Part shown: positions 53,521 through 64,000 of the stretch, one piece after another | Layout: each line of letters opens with the position of its first letter | How positions within the stretch are numbered: the stretch's first letter is position 1 | NCBI GenBank assembly: GCA_021613535.1 | Contig: CP075495.1 | Coordinates: 8,370,001 to 8,434,000, forward strand | Direction: 5' to 3' | Length of the DNA: 64,000 nucleotides | DNA from: Adineta vaga | Taxonomy: Eukaryota > Animalia > Rotifera | Made by a program: the position numbers and the translations under genes | The notes under the pieces: model-generated | What the model saw: only the letters and a program-made list of their open reading frames with translations | Databases searched by the model: none | What the model was told of the DNA's origin: nothing

Positions 53521-55031
53521 ATGGAACATTTACTTCCAGCAAATTATCAAATGTTTGCTAGCAGTGAAAAAGATGAAGTAGTCATGTCAGGAATGTATAA
53601 ATGTGAAGGATTATTTGCAGATTTTATACACAAATTCAAACCTGGTTATGGTCAAATGAAATCTGTATGTATGAAGAAAACTGAATCATTTGAACGTTAT
53701 TCTTTTTCAGGTCTTAACAGAAACGGATCGTTCTGCAAAACCAACTATGATTCTTTCTGCACCTGATGTTAATTTAACAGATGTACAAACAGCGGAAATT
53801 ACTCATTTAACTCAACTATATTGTTTAGGCAATAATCCATCACAACGACGTCGTTATGCTTTGATTATTTTTCAACATTTTGCATTTATCATTGGTGGTT
53901 ATGATTTTGATGTGAAGACTAAAATACGTTCTCAACCATTACATGATTTCGTCTATGATGTTGTAAGTATTCAATAAACAGTTGAAAAAATTTCCTTCTT
54001 TTTTTTGAATGAAATATTATAGAATAAAAAGACATGTCGATCTATTCCAACTTTTCCACCGCCGGGTCGTGTTTCTTTTGGTGTAGCACCATCAGAACGA
54101 TATATTTTAGTCATTGGAGGACATACATATGATAATATATCGTTATCAAGTGTGTTTATTTTAGATACACAAAATATCGATAAAGGTTTGATTTGAATTT
54201 ACAGTTTTGATTATGAATATTTTGTGGATTTTATGTTGGTTGGGAAAAATTCCCATCGTATCCACATCCAATTTTGGCACCTGGAGTTACTTTTATCGAC
54301 AAACGAATAATTGTGATTGGTGGTTTCGATATTGTTGTCGGTATGAATGTTCATCCGATTGTCGTAATTACTATTATCTGTTCATACAGGAGAAACAGAT
54401 ATGTTATCGAGTCATTATCAAATGGAGTAAGAAAACATTTGTTTTCTTTTGAAATTTCTTCATCATGATTTATTATTTAGTTTCCGTGAGAAAGTTTGGC
54501 GTCAATATGCAGATCTTAATCCACCACGAGCTCGAACATTGGTTATTTGTATTGATAATGGAAATGAGTTAGAAATCTATAGTAGGAATCTCATTGAAAT
54601 AGTTTGATCGTATATGTATTTATGATTTTTCGGTCATTTTAGCGGCAGGTGGTTATACATTAGTTCACGATAAAGCTCTCGTGATCGGTAAATTGATTGT
54701 CATTCTATTTCTTGAACAATCTAATTGGTTTTTGAAGACAAAATACATTCGTATGATGCTCAAAAAGATCAATGGAATAGATTAACTGATATACCTGATC
54801 TTCGAATAGATCATGCGATTACTATAGCACAAACAAAACTGATTATTAGTGAAGAAATACCTAATTTGGATGAAACAGATCAACCAATTATGATTCCAGT
54901 ATGTATAAAGATCGTATTATTCTTTGATTTCTGATTATTTTTTCTATTCTATTAAGATTCGTATGTATGATTTTGAAAGTGGAATATGGAAAAATATTCA
55001 GAATGACGAAAATTCGAATACTGAGAAATGA
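53521..55031 (+). CDS. Kelch-repeat beta-propeller protein, multi-exon; possibly disrupted
   Basis: Repeats FIIGGYD, LVIGGHT, IVIGGFD and YTAGGYT with downstream Y/W. The expected splice acceptor near 54238 lacks AG. Confidence 0.7.
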
Positions 55032-55139
55032 CTTCATATAAGATGTCGTGAATGAAATAGCAAGAAGATCATCATCACTTTTGTTAATTTATACATATAC
55101 CTCACTAAAAGATAAAGTGTACTTCAATGCAACTAGTCT

Positions 55140-55590
55140 TGAAATCTTCATTCTGTATATTGGAGTCAATGTTTAAACATTTCTATATTAAATGTTTTGT
55201 TATCATGTACCATACGATGGGAAGGTGTTTTTGAAGTACAGAAAGTGACCCAGTGATTAAAACTCTTTGCCAATTTCCAATACTTTTGTTCCATGTTGAA
55301 TGTGTGATGGGGGTAGAAATGGAATATTTATGAGCACGATACATTACTAATCTACAATTATAATACGTGATACTAATAATGATTTGTCTGTACCATCTGC
55401 ATTCTGATAGATTTGAAAAATTCAGATTCTGGCATATTTTCATCGTCTGCTTCATCAAATAGGACTTCGATTTTTCGTGTAGCTGCCTCTTGTTTTGTTA
55501 TTTTGTTATACTTATTACGAATTATATAATCTGCATATTTCTCAAGTAAAAGTCGAACAATATTCGTATGAGCATAATAGGTCACTTGTC
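55140..55590 (-). pseudogene. Ankyrin-repeat gene fragment
   Basis: YYAHTNIVRLLLEKYADYIIRNKYNKIT is ankyrin-like; no start; frame breaks downstream. Confidence 0.5.
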
Positions 55591-56540
55591 TTCTGATGAG
55601 ACATATCGTTTGATAGTTACGAAAAAATAGTTTTTAATGAACTTTGATTCGTTTTATACATTGCATGTTCACGGAACAGAGTTTAGACAGCTTGCGAACG
55701 AACATATTTGTTGAACTTCATACTGTCAACGAAAATTGAATATATTTACGAATTGAAAAAGTGCTCAGAACGAAAAAAAATCTTTTGAAATCGAATGCTC
55801 GTATAGATTTCTACGGCATATATTAAATAGAGCATGACAAGTCGTTATCAACATCACGAATTTATCGCAATAACTGCAACAGATCAATTCACAGTACCGT
55901 AAAAATTATTTTAATGTGATAATTGTTGCTATAACAAAAAAAATTGCAATAGAATAGGAATGAATGTTTTTGTATTGAAGCGTAAGAAGATTGCTAATCA
56001 CTACTAATGTCAGTAGTGAGCGCAGAACTCGAGAAAGACATCGAATTAAGTATGCATGAACTTCCATCAATATCCTTTAGAATGTCATATAAGTTTATAA
56101 TATCTTAAGATAAATTTTTTTTTTAATTGAAGCATTACACATAGAATATGGCTCATTAATATGCATGACATGTATACAAATATTAACTGAAAGCAATCGA
56201 TAGTTTTATCAAATCATTCTATTAACGAAACCAAATTGATAGACACATGACAAGAAAAGGAAACTAATGATTTGACTCTCGACAGATGACATTAACGGAA
56301 TCTAAGTTAATTATGAATTTCGATATCTGTATAGAGAGATTTCATTCATTTTGTCAATAAATTTAAAAGAGAGAAAGAGAAAACAAATTCCATGGAGAGA
56401 TTATATTTAATATCAGGAAAACAACAGCAAAATACGATATGTATTTGATATAGATGAAAGAGAGAAGACACAAAAAAAAGAGAAAAACATAATATTATTC
56501 TAAATGATTTTCGAATAACGTACGAGTGAACGAAGTTATA

Positions 56541-59500
56541 TTAAGAACACATAGGGGGGTTGACAAAACCAAAAACATTGAGTTCAATTAATAAGGAGAA
56601 AATAACGAAAACTCCATAAATACAAATGAAAAATATGCCGAGATTTTTATCCAAATACCATTGACGACGATGAAAACTAATTACCTAACAAAGAAAACAT
56701 TTCAAATATAAAATCAGATCGAAATCTCCTCCTTACTGTTAAAGCGACAATACCAAGTAAAAGAACAGAATCATACATTAATCCATTTGAATTAATATGT
56801 ACTGCTTCTCCACTAATTAATGATTTAAAAAACCATGGTAATGCAAGACCAACAAGTAAATCAAATACATTTGAACCAAATGTATTCGATACACCCATAT
56901 CAACCAAGCCTAATCGAATTTATTCTTTCTATAAATTATCTATTAATATATTTCATTTTCTTACCTTGACGAACAACTAAAACACTACTCATCGCATCAG
57001 GTACACTACTGCCTGCAGCTAAAAATGTTATACCCATAACACTATCCGGTATACCGAAAGTAAAACCAATGATGGTAACCATCCAAACCATTAAATAAGT
57101 CAATAGGCACAACCATACAATAGACATAATAAATGTAAATGGATACCATTTGAACCATCTGTTCAATAGAATGAATTGATTTCCATCAGATAAAATAGAT
57201 TGACTTACCGTGGATTACGACAATCAGGAATGGTAAAATGAAAAACAATCTTAATCGGTGCTGTTACTGCCCATTTAGCAAAATTCATTGGATCATAATT
57301 ATAATTTGGAATAGTTTTCCAATCATCATAATTTTCATCGATTGCCAAAAGACTAAATATAGAAAGATTTTTACGATGACATATTATAGAATATGCATCC
57401 AAATTAAAGATTTTACCTCGGTGTTCGACCTTGATAAAACGAAAATCGTCTTTCATTTGCTGGTTTTTGAGGACGTGATATTCCTTGACTTTGAATTCGT
57501 AACTAAAAAACCAAATAAATTATTTTATTCTATACTTTTTTTTGCAGTCAATTTTTATCTATCTTACATGACTAATAACAAATCGAACGGCCATTCGAAA
57601 TCGAGTACGACTTCGAAAATATCTTGACATCATGATTTTCAATGCTGCTGTTTCAAAATCAATTGGTGGATGTGATCTTCCAATAAGTTCATCAAGTGGC
57701 ATTTGATTTTGTTGCATTGTTGAATTATTATAATTAATACCATCATCATCATCGAACCGTTCTACGAAAAAAGAGTAAAAACGAACATTCTTTTATCTAC
57801 GGAAATAGACTCGACATTGATTAATTAAATTACCATAAGTACTTTTGACTCCATATGTTTTCTGTGTATTAGCAGGAGTAATGATTGGTTCATCTGGATA
57901 ATTAAATGCTTGAAAAACTTGCCATCGACCAACAACTAATTGTCTTAATCGTTGATTATTACTAAAATGAAGTAATGAAATTTTTCAGATAAATAATAAA
58001 CGAAATAATCAATTCTTACCACATAATGGCAATATATCCTGCGTACATAAGAAGAAGAAATGTCGATTCAAATAAAGTTATTCGTCCATCAGATAAACAC
58101 TATGACATAAATAGAATATCATTCAATGTCATTTCATTAGTTTAGTGACATTTACCATGATTAAAATTAAGATTGACAAAGAATAGTAGATTGAATCACG
58201 ACATAATGGCCTATAATAGATCAAATATACACATAGAGAAAAAATCGAATGAGTTAGTTTAATGAATATTATTATTACATACCACCAAGTTAATCGAATT
58301 GCCTACAAAATAAATATAATTAAATAATAAAGATCTTTCTGTTTGATTTTCTAAACTTACAGCATTGACAAATAAACCACATACACCAATAACACAAACA
58401 ATATTGAAAACAGCTGAACCGACAATTGTTCCAACACCAACATCACCTTTAGCCACAAAGATTCCTGATCAGAAAAACGAAATTTCTTCTTTCGACCAAA
58501 ATTTACACCTATTCATCAAACTAATTTACCGATAATAGCAGTAAAGAGTTCTGGTGATGATGATCCACCTGCCATAAATGTTGCACCGGCAACATCTTCA
58601 TCAAGGCCCAATGTCTACAGACAAAAACAAATTATCATTTGAGTGCTAAATTTCAAAATTAATCATCTACTTACTGCGCATAATTTGTCTAATGCTGATA
58701 TGAAATAGTCATCGACAACAAGAGCAATAGCAAGAAAAATATATAAACAAGCAATAAAGTGAAATAGAATTGCTCCCTAGACGGCAGAGATATATTAATC
58801 GCTAATCAAACTAATTTAATTGACTTACACTACGTCGTTGTGATTGACTGAAAAGATCTTCAGGAAATTCACTAATAGCTGGAATGAAAAAAAACAGAAA
58901 ATAAAAAATGTTATTTTTACGTAATGTATGCTTTTAGAAATTCCTTCTCTGAGCAAAAGAGAGAGAGAGAGAGAACGAAAGAAGCATATAAAGATTAGAT
59001 TAGATGATAAGACTTCTTTATTTGATAATTTAATTTGACATAAATTATTGAAGAAGAAAGAAGATTTCTTTTATTTTATATTATCGAGTACAGAAGAGAA
59101 GAATATTTTATTCACCTGGTTCTGTACAATTTTTCAATTGACCAGGTTGCCAACTAGTAGTAGTGGGTAGAATAGTTGTACTGATGATCGTCGTTGTTTT
59201 TTCGTCGTCATCTTGCTCTAAATAAATACAATATTACCTTTCTACTCTTGTTATATTCAATCAATGGGAAAAGAATTTAACCGCAATTCTCCAGGGATAT
59301 TATCTAATAAAGTATCATGCTAGGCTATTTTCATATGGTTGTCAAATAAAGATGATGGCCTGTATTCATTGTCGTCTTTTCCGGTGTCAATAAACAAATC
59401 GAACATGATGATTGTCAATATAAAAAAGAAACTAAATTATTTACCATTCAATGGAGTTGTTGATTGTATTTTTTGTGGTCGATGTTTCCAATTTGATTTC

Positions 59501-59667
59501 GTACTACTGGGTGCTGCATCACTCGGTCGAAAACGTTGTCCAATGACCTGTGCCAAAGCAAGTCCAACGAGAATTCGAATGAAAAATTTCACATTATGTC
59601 GATTGAAAAATTGATTCCTTGCGGAATGTTGTTGTTTGTGCAACAACGAATATGATGATTTTTGCAT
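56541..59667 (-). CDS. K+-dependent Na+/Ca2+ exchanger (NCKX, SLC24 family), multi-exon
   Basis: Alpha-1 repeat [18 protein letters not shown]...[12 protein letters not shown]; alpha-2 repeat [13 protein letters not shown]...[14 protein letters not shown]; ends NPPMCS*. Confidence 0.93.
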
Positions 59668-60738
59668 GTCGATTAGAAGAGGATGTACTCAACGATTACT
59701 AGTTAAGACATCGTTTTGTCCTCTCCTTTTCTAACTGTTGTATTATTGTTGTCATTGTAATGAACCTTGACTAAAGATATGTTTGTAGTGTGTCACTCAA
59801 TTCTTTCGACTATTTTTGCATTTGCTCATCGCATCTTACACTCTCGAGTTTTTCTTTTTTGTATGTTTCTTTATCAAGTATTGTAGAGAGCGCGACTTCT
59901 CCTTAGAGTGAAAGAGAGAACCGGAAAATTTTCTGGCGAACTGAGAAGAATAGTAAAAAGAAGAGCATAGAGACATAGAGAGAGAGAGAGAGGGAAAGAC
60001 GAGAAACTGCTCGGAAAGAGATAAAGAAAAAAAAGACCGCTATACAATTAATTATCGCAAATAGAGGGGGCGACCGAGAAGAGAGAAGAAAAATGCATTT
60101 TAACGGAAAACTAGAGAAAAACGAGAATCGTATTGTTGATAATTCATAAGGAAAAAGACAGGAAAAACGACAGTGACACGGAGCAGATATACAAAAGTTG
60201 AACGAGTTAATGTGACGAAAGAGAAAAAAGAAGAAAAAAAAAAGAAAAAATGTCGATGGCGATCGACATGTTTACGCGAAATCAGTAAAAGTCGCTTCTT
60301 TAATATCGAAGAGAGAGAGAGAGAAAGGAAAATAAAAAGAAAGCAGACAACTAAGATACGTTCACATATTCAGTGCCTTCCTACTAGTCTCGTTATTTTC
60401 TTGTCGGAATTCTGACAGGAAAATTGTGCTTTTTCTGTCTCTTCGTCTCGGTTTCATTGCTGTCAAATTTCTAGCCGAGCAATTCAACATGAATGATGAA
60501 CGGGCATGCGGCCGAGTGAAAAAGCCGCAATAAGAAATGCATATAAAAGACAACGACAAGATAGAATTCCAATCGAATGTCAATTCTATTTTTAGTTGGA
60601 ATAAAATCAAAAATTCAATAAGAAAGCAGGAGCACACGTCCATAATTCTATATATGAAGAGAAAAAAAATAAAATTTCTTTCAAATAATAATCGGTTGTT
60701 ATGCATTTTAATGACACTCTTCGTTTTCATTTGTAATT

Positions 60739-62210
60739 ATGTTTCTCATCAATACTAATCATCAACCACAAAAAGATATAAAAAATCATGCAAGGATTCA
60801 ACGAAAATATCGAAGTATTCTTCCACTAGCATCATCGTCAGCTATGTTGAGAGAAAATAATAATTCCTCAATTCTTAAAGAAAAACAATCAAAAAAATTT
60901 GATTACGATATCAAATATTCTCCACATATATCTAAACTAGCTCAAATACAATTTGCTCAATTTCTCAATCATCTCTTAGAATATTCCAGTGAATTAACTT
61001 ATTTTGCTATCAATGCATTTCAAACATCATCCTTACGACGTGTGCAAATAAATACCTTGGTAAAACAATTCAATAGAATATAAATGAAGATTTTCAATGC
61101 TTGAAACTATTTTTCTTTAGCAACGTTTCACTGACTTTTCTATACCTCGTACATGTGCATTTTATTACAATCTTGATAAAGAATTTGATAATGTCGTTCA
61201 GAAAATGCGTTTACTTTGTGGATTAGGTATAGAAAATGGAAAGAAATTATTTGATAATTATATTTGTTTTTTTCGATCAAAGCTAAACGAACATTTTCGG
61301 AATAAGTGTCACACGAATTCATTCTTCAGATAGTAAATTACTAAATTTACCAATTATTCGTCGATCTATGAATGTATTTAAGTGCAATATCAATCGATTA
61401 CGTGATTTAAAAGAAATTCATCAAAATATTGGTTATGATCTTCTACTTCCTAATGATCAATTATATTTAGCACTTGATTTACTTGTCATAGATTTTGATT
61501 TATTAAATTGCGAATTAGATGATGAAGTATGTAAAATAGATATCGACTATCCAGGTTTCTTCATTTTAATTTTTCAAAGATCAAATTTGGTGATTCAATG
61601 ATTTTACAAACAATTATTAAAGGTATTTTTCGATTTGTCATTAATAGAAACTTAATTCTGTTAATCAGTAGTTCTTTTTTGTTAAAAACTATCATCTTAT
61701 TGTTAATGCACGACTTATTCTTTTCTTTTTTCTCAGAACTTCTTTCATAAAAGATTACATTTGCTATGCCGATGAACCATATAAAAGTTACAGATGATAC
61801 AAATAGTTCTGTTTTTTTTCCTCATAGATATATTTCTTCAATTCCGTCTCGTATTAACATGGATTTATCCAGCTATAAAATATGCAGCATATCGTCCCGG
61901 TGATCCTAATAAAGAACAGGAAGTACAGAAATGTGATCAAAACACAGGTATTACTCACGTAGATAATTATTGTGTAAATAAGAAGAAAACAAGAAAAAGA
62001 AAATTAATTAAAAGTTCAAGTTTACGTAACATTCTTTCATTGTTACATTTGAAAAATGCGAATAGAAATATAAATCAAAATTTTCTCAAGGAAACAATCA
62101 ACCAGAATTGTTCATTACGGAATGAGAAGAAAGTTCATAATGTGGGAAGAATTCATTTAGAAAAGTCTCAATCAAATCGAAATATTCATACAATAGTAAA
62201 TATCTATTAA
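60739..62210 (+). CDS. Uncharacterised multi-exon gene, apparent 1-nt frameshift near 61285; 3' end uncertain
   Basis: Open segments joined by short GT-AG introns (...VQINTL|QRFTDFSIPRTCAFYY...|...LNCELDDE|IKFGDSM...|...FRLVLTWIYPAIKY). Family not recognised. Confidence 0.5.
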
Positions 62211-62844
62211 TAATATACTAGATATTCAAATTTTTCTTTTTTTCTTAGATTAAAAACATATCAGAAATAAATCATTTATGATCTGATTTTATTTTGGACA
62301 AAGAAAGATCTATTTTCCTTGTAGTTATTCTCTATGATGTACTTCAGATGCTTGTTGTATTTACATTCTTTTCAAATGTAAAAGAAAAAGACTGTTTTTT
62401 TTCCTTAATGCATCTCAACGACGGTTTCAGTATTAATTAAACAGTACTTGTTCAACATTGATACTAACTTCCTTATATTTGAACGGAAATGTTGTTATTA
62501 AGAAATAAAAAGTGCCGAACAAATGGTCTAATATTCAAATATTGAGTTTTTATCGGAAGAAGTATTTTTATTATGAGAAATTCTAAAATTAGATTTCTTC
62601 ACTTGCGCGTTAATCGAAAATAGAGAAAAGAAGAATTTTCAATCATTAAACACTTTTGTAAAAAAAATATTTTACAAATAGAATGTGAAATAATATTTAC
62701 TTTTCTTCTTCTTCTTTGACAATAATTAATATAAAATTGTTCAAAATACACTGTTATTATCTCTGAAAAACTAACTGAACGACTTCTTTTTATTAACAAT
62801 GCAATATGTTTACATCATTTTCTTTCTCTATATTTTCCTAAAAA

Positions 62845-64000
62845 TTAACATTGACAAGAATTAGTGATGAGACGAATCGCACGTGTCCATCCTTTTGCTT
62901 TACAACAAGGAAATAACCAAGGAAGTGCTAATTTTTCGAGTTGATTAGATACAGGAATCAGTGTTGTTTTATGTTCTTGTAATGCCATGTCCATCTTAGT
63001 TAATATATGAGAATATTTCTCAACATTCAATGGTGATTCTTCGGCAGGATCAGTTTCAATGTCAAATAATAGTGGTGGTGAATGTTGGATACTGAGACAA
63101 GGACAAATAGTAACACTAGGACATGCACGCATACCTTCATCCCATTTTGGAGTCCAATAATGTGCTTTATATTTACCATGACGTACGGCTGTTACAGTTG
63201 AGCCACAATAATGAAATAATGTGTCACGTTCTTCTTGTGCATTAAATGAAGACGTTGTTAACTTCAATTGTGACCATAGACTAATACCATCGAGAGGACG
63301 ACTAGTATCTGATTTAGTATTCCATAGTTCCAAAAGTGTAGGATATAAATCTAATAGAGATGAGATACTATTTATCATCTGACCAGAAATGACATGTCCT
63401 GGCCAACGAATAATACCAGGTACACGAATACCACATTCCCATGTTTGTCCTTTGGCACCTCGTAATGGTTCACTGAGTTTACCAGCTGTTGTTAAAGCAC
63501 GACCACAAAATCCAGCTTCCACTCCACGCTCAAGAAATGGTCCATTATCGGACGAAAAGAAAACTATAGTTTCGTTTTCAATATTAAGATTTTTCAATGC
63601 TTGAAGAATCTTTCCAACACTCCAATCTAATTCTTCAATATTATCACCATAAGCACCATGGCGACTGCGTCCAGCATTTTCAGGCAAAGTAAATAAAGCT
63701 GTATGTACTTTTACATATGCCATATAGAGAAAAAATGGTTTCTTATGATTGTAAATTGTATCCTTCATAAATTCAACTGCTTCATTGGTATTACGAAGTG
63801 TCAGATCTTCAAGATGAACAGGCTGTTCAATGATTGTTTCATTTCGATACAATAAACACGAAGAACGACTAAGTAATGTAAAAGAAACTGTATACCACAT
63901 ACCACCGAAAAACCCCATAGCACCACAAAATAATATAATCAAAGCTAATTTACGAGAATATAATAACCATGTTGTTAATGCTATACCAATAAATGCTAAC
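62845..64000 (-). CDS. Arylsulfatase of the steroid-sulfatase (STS/ARSD/E/F/H) type; 5' end lies beyond the window
   Basis: Internal hydrophobic helices followed by PFFLYMAYVKVHT, YGDNIEELDWSVG, FFSSDNG, GAKGQTWECGIRVP and PLLFDIETDPAE. Confidence 0.9.
   Translation of the reverse strand, partial: LAFIGIALTTWLLYSRKLALIILFCGAMGFFGGMWYTVSFTLLSRSSCLLYRNETIIEQPVHLEDLTLRNTNEAVEFMKDTIYNHKKPFFLYMAYVKVHTALFTLPENAGRSRHGAYGDNIEELDWSVGKILQALKNLNIENETIVFFSSDNGPFLERGVEAGFCGRALTTAGKLSEPLRGAKGQTWECGIRVPGIIRWPGHVISGQMINSISSLLDLYPTLLELWNTKSDTSRPLDGISLWSQLKLTTSSFNAQEERDTLFHYCGSTVTAVRHGKYKAHYWTPKWDEGMRACPSVTICPCLSIQHSPPLLFDIETDPAEESPLNVEKYSHILTKMDMALQEHKTTLIPVSNQLEKLALPWLFPCCKAKGWTRAIRLITNSCQC

Overview
AT-rich eukaryotic (metazoan) genomic DNA with dense genes and very short GT-AG introns of about 50-60 nt. 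Intronless genes of bacterial- or fungal-like type sit among conserved animal genes. This organisation is most consistent with a bdelloid rotifer (inference, not proven). In order, the window holds: a bacterial-type SAM methyltransferase; two tandem Hes/E(spl) bHLH-Orange genes; a C12orf56-like gene; three KY/transglutaminase-like peptidase copies (intact, decayed, nonsense-split) around a TMEM272-like gene; a mixed-lineage kinase; a 4.5 kb stretch of decayed genes and MITE-like elements; a secreted EGF/chitin-binding protein built from about 28 symmetric small exons; an OTU protease; a stand-alone DnaJ-type zinc finger; an atypical GST; DDB1 head-to-head with RSPH14; Tbx2/3; a Kelch gene; an NCKX exchanger; an uncharacterised gene; and a steroid-sulfatase-family gene cut by the window edge. 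No rRNA, tRNA or CRISPR array was seen. The two most unusual signals are (i) the symmetric micro-exon secreted protein and (ii) the KY cluster, whose catalytic cores are about 99% identical while flanks and repeat number differ. Exon coordinates were read by eye and may be off by a few bases. Family assignments come from remembered motifs, not from a database search.
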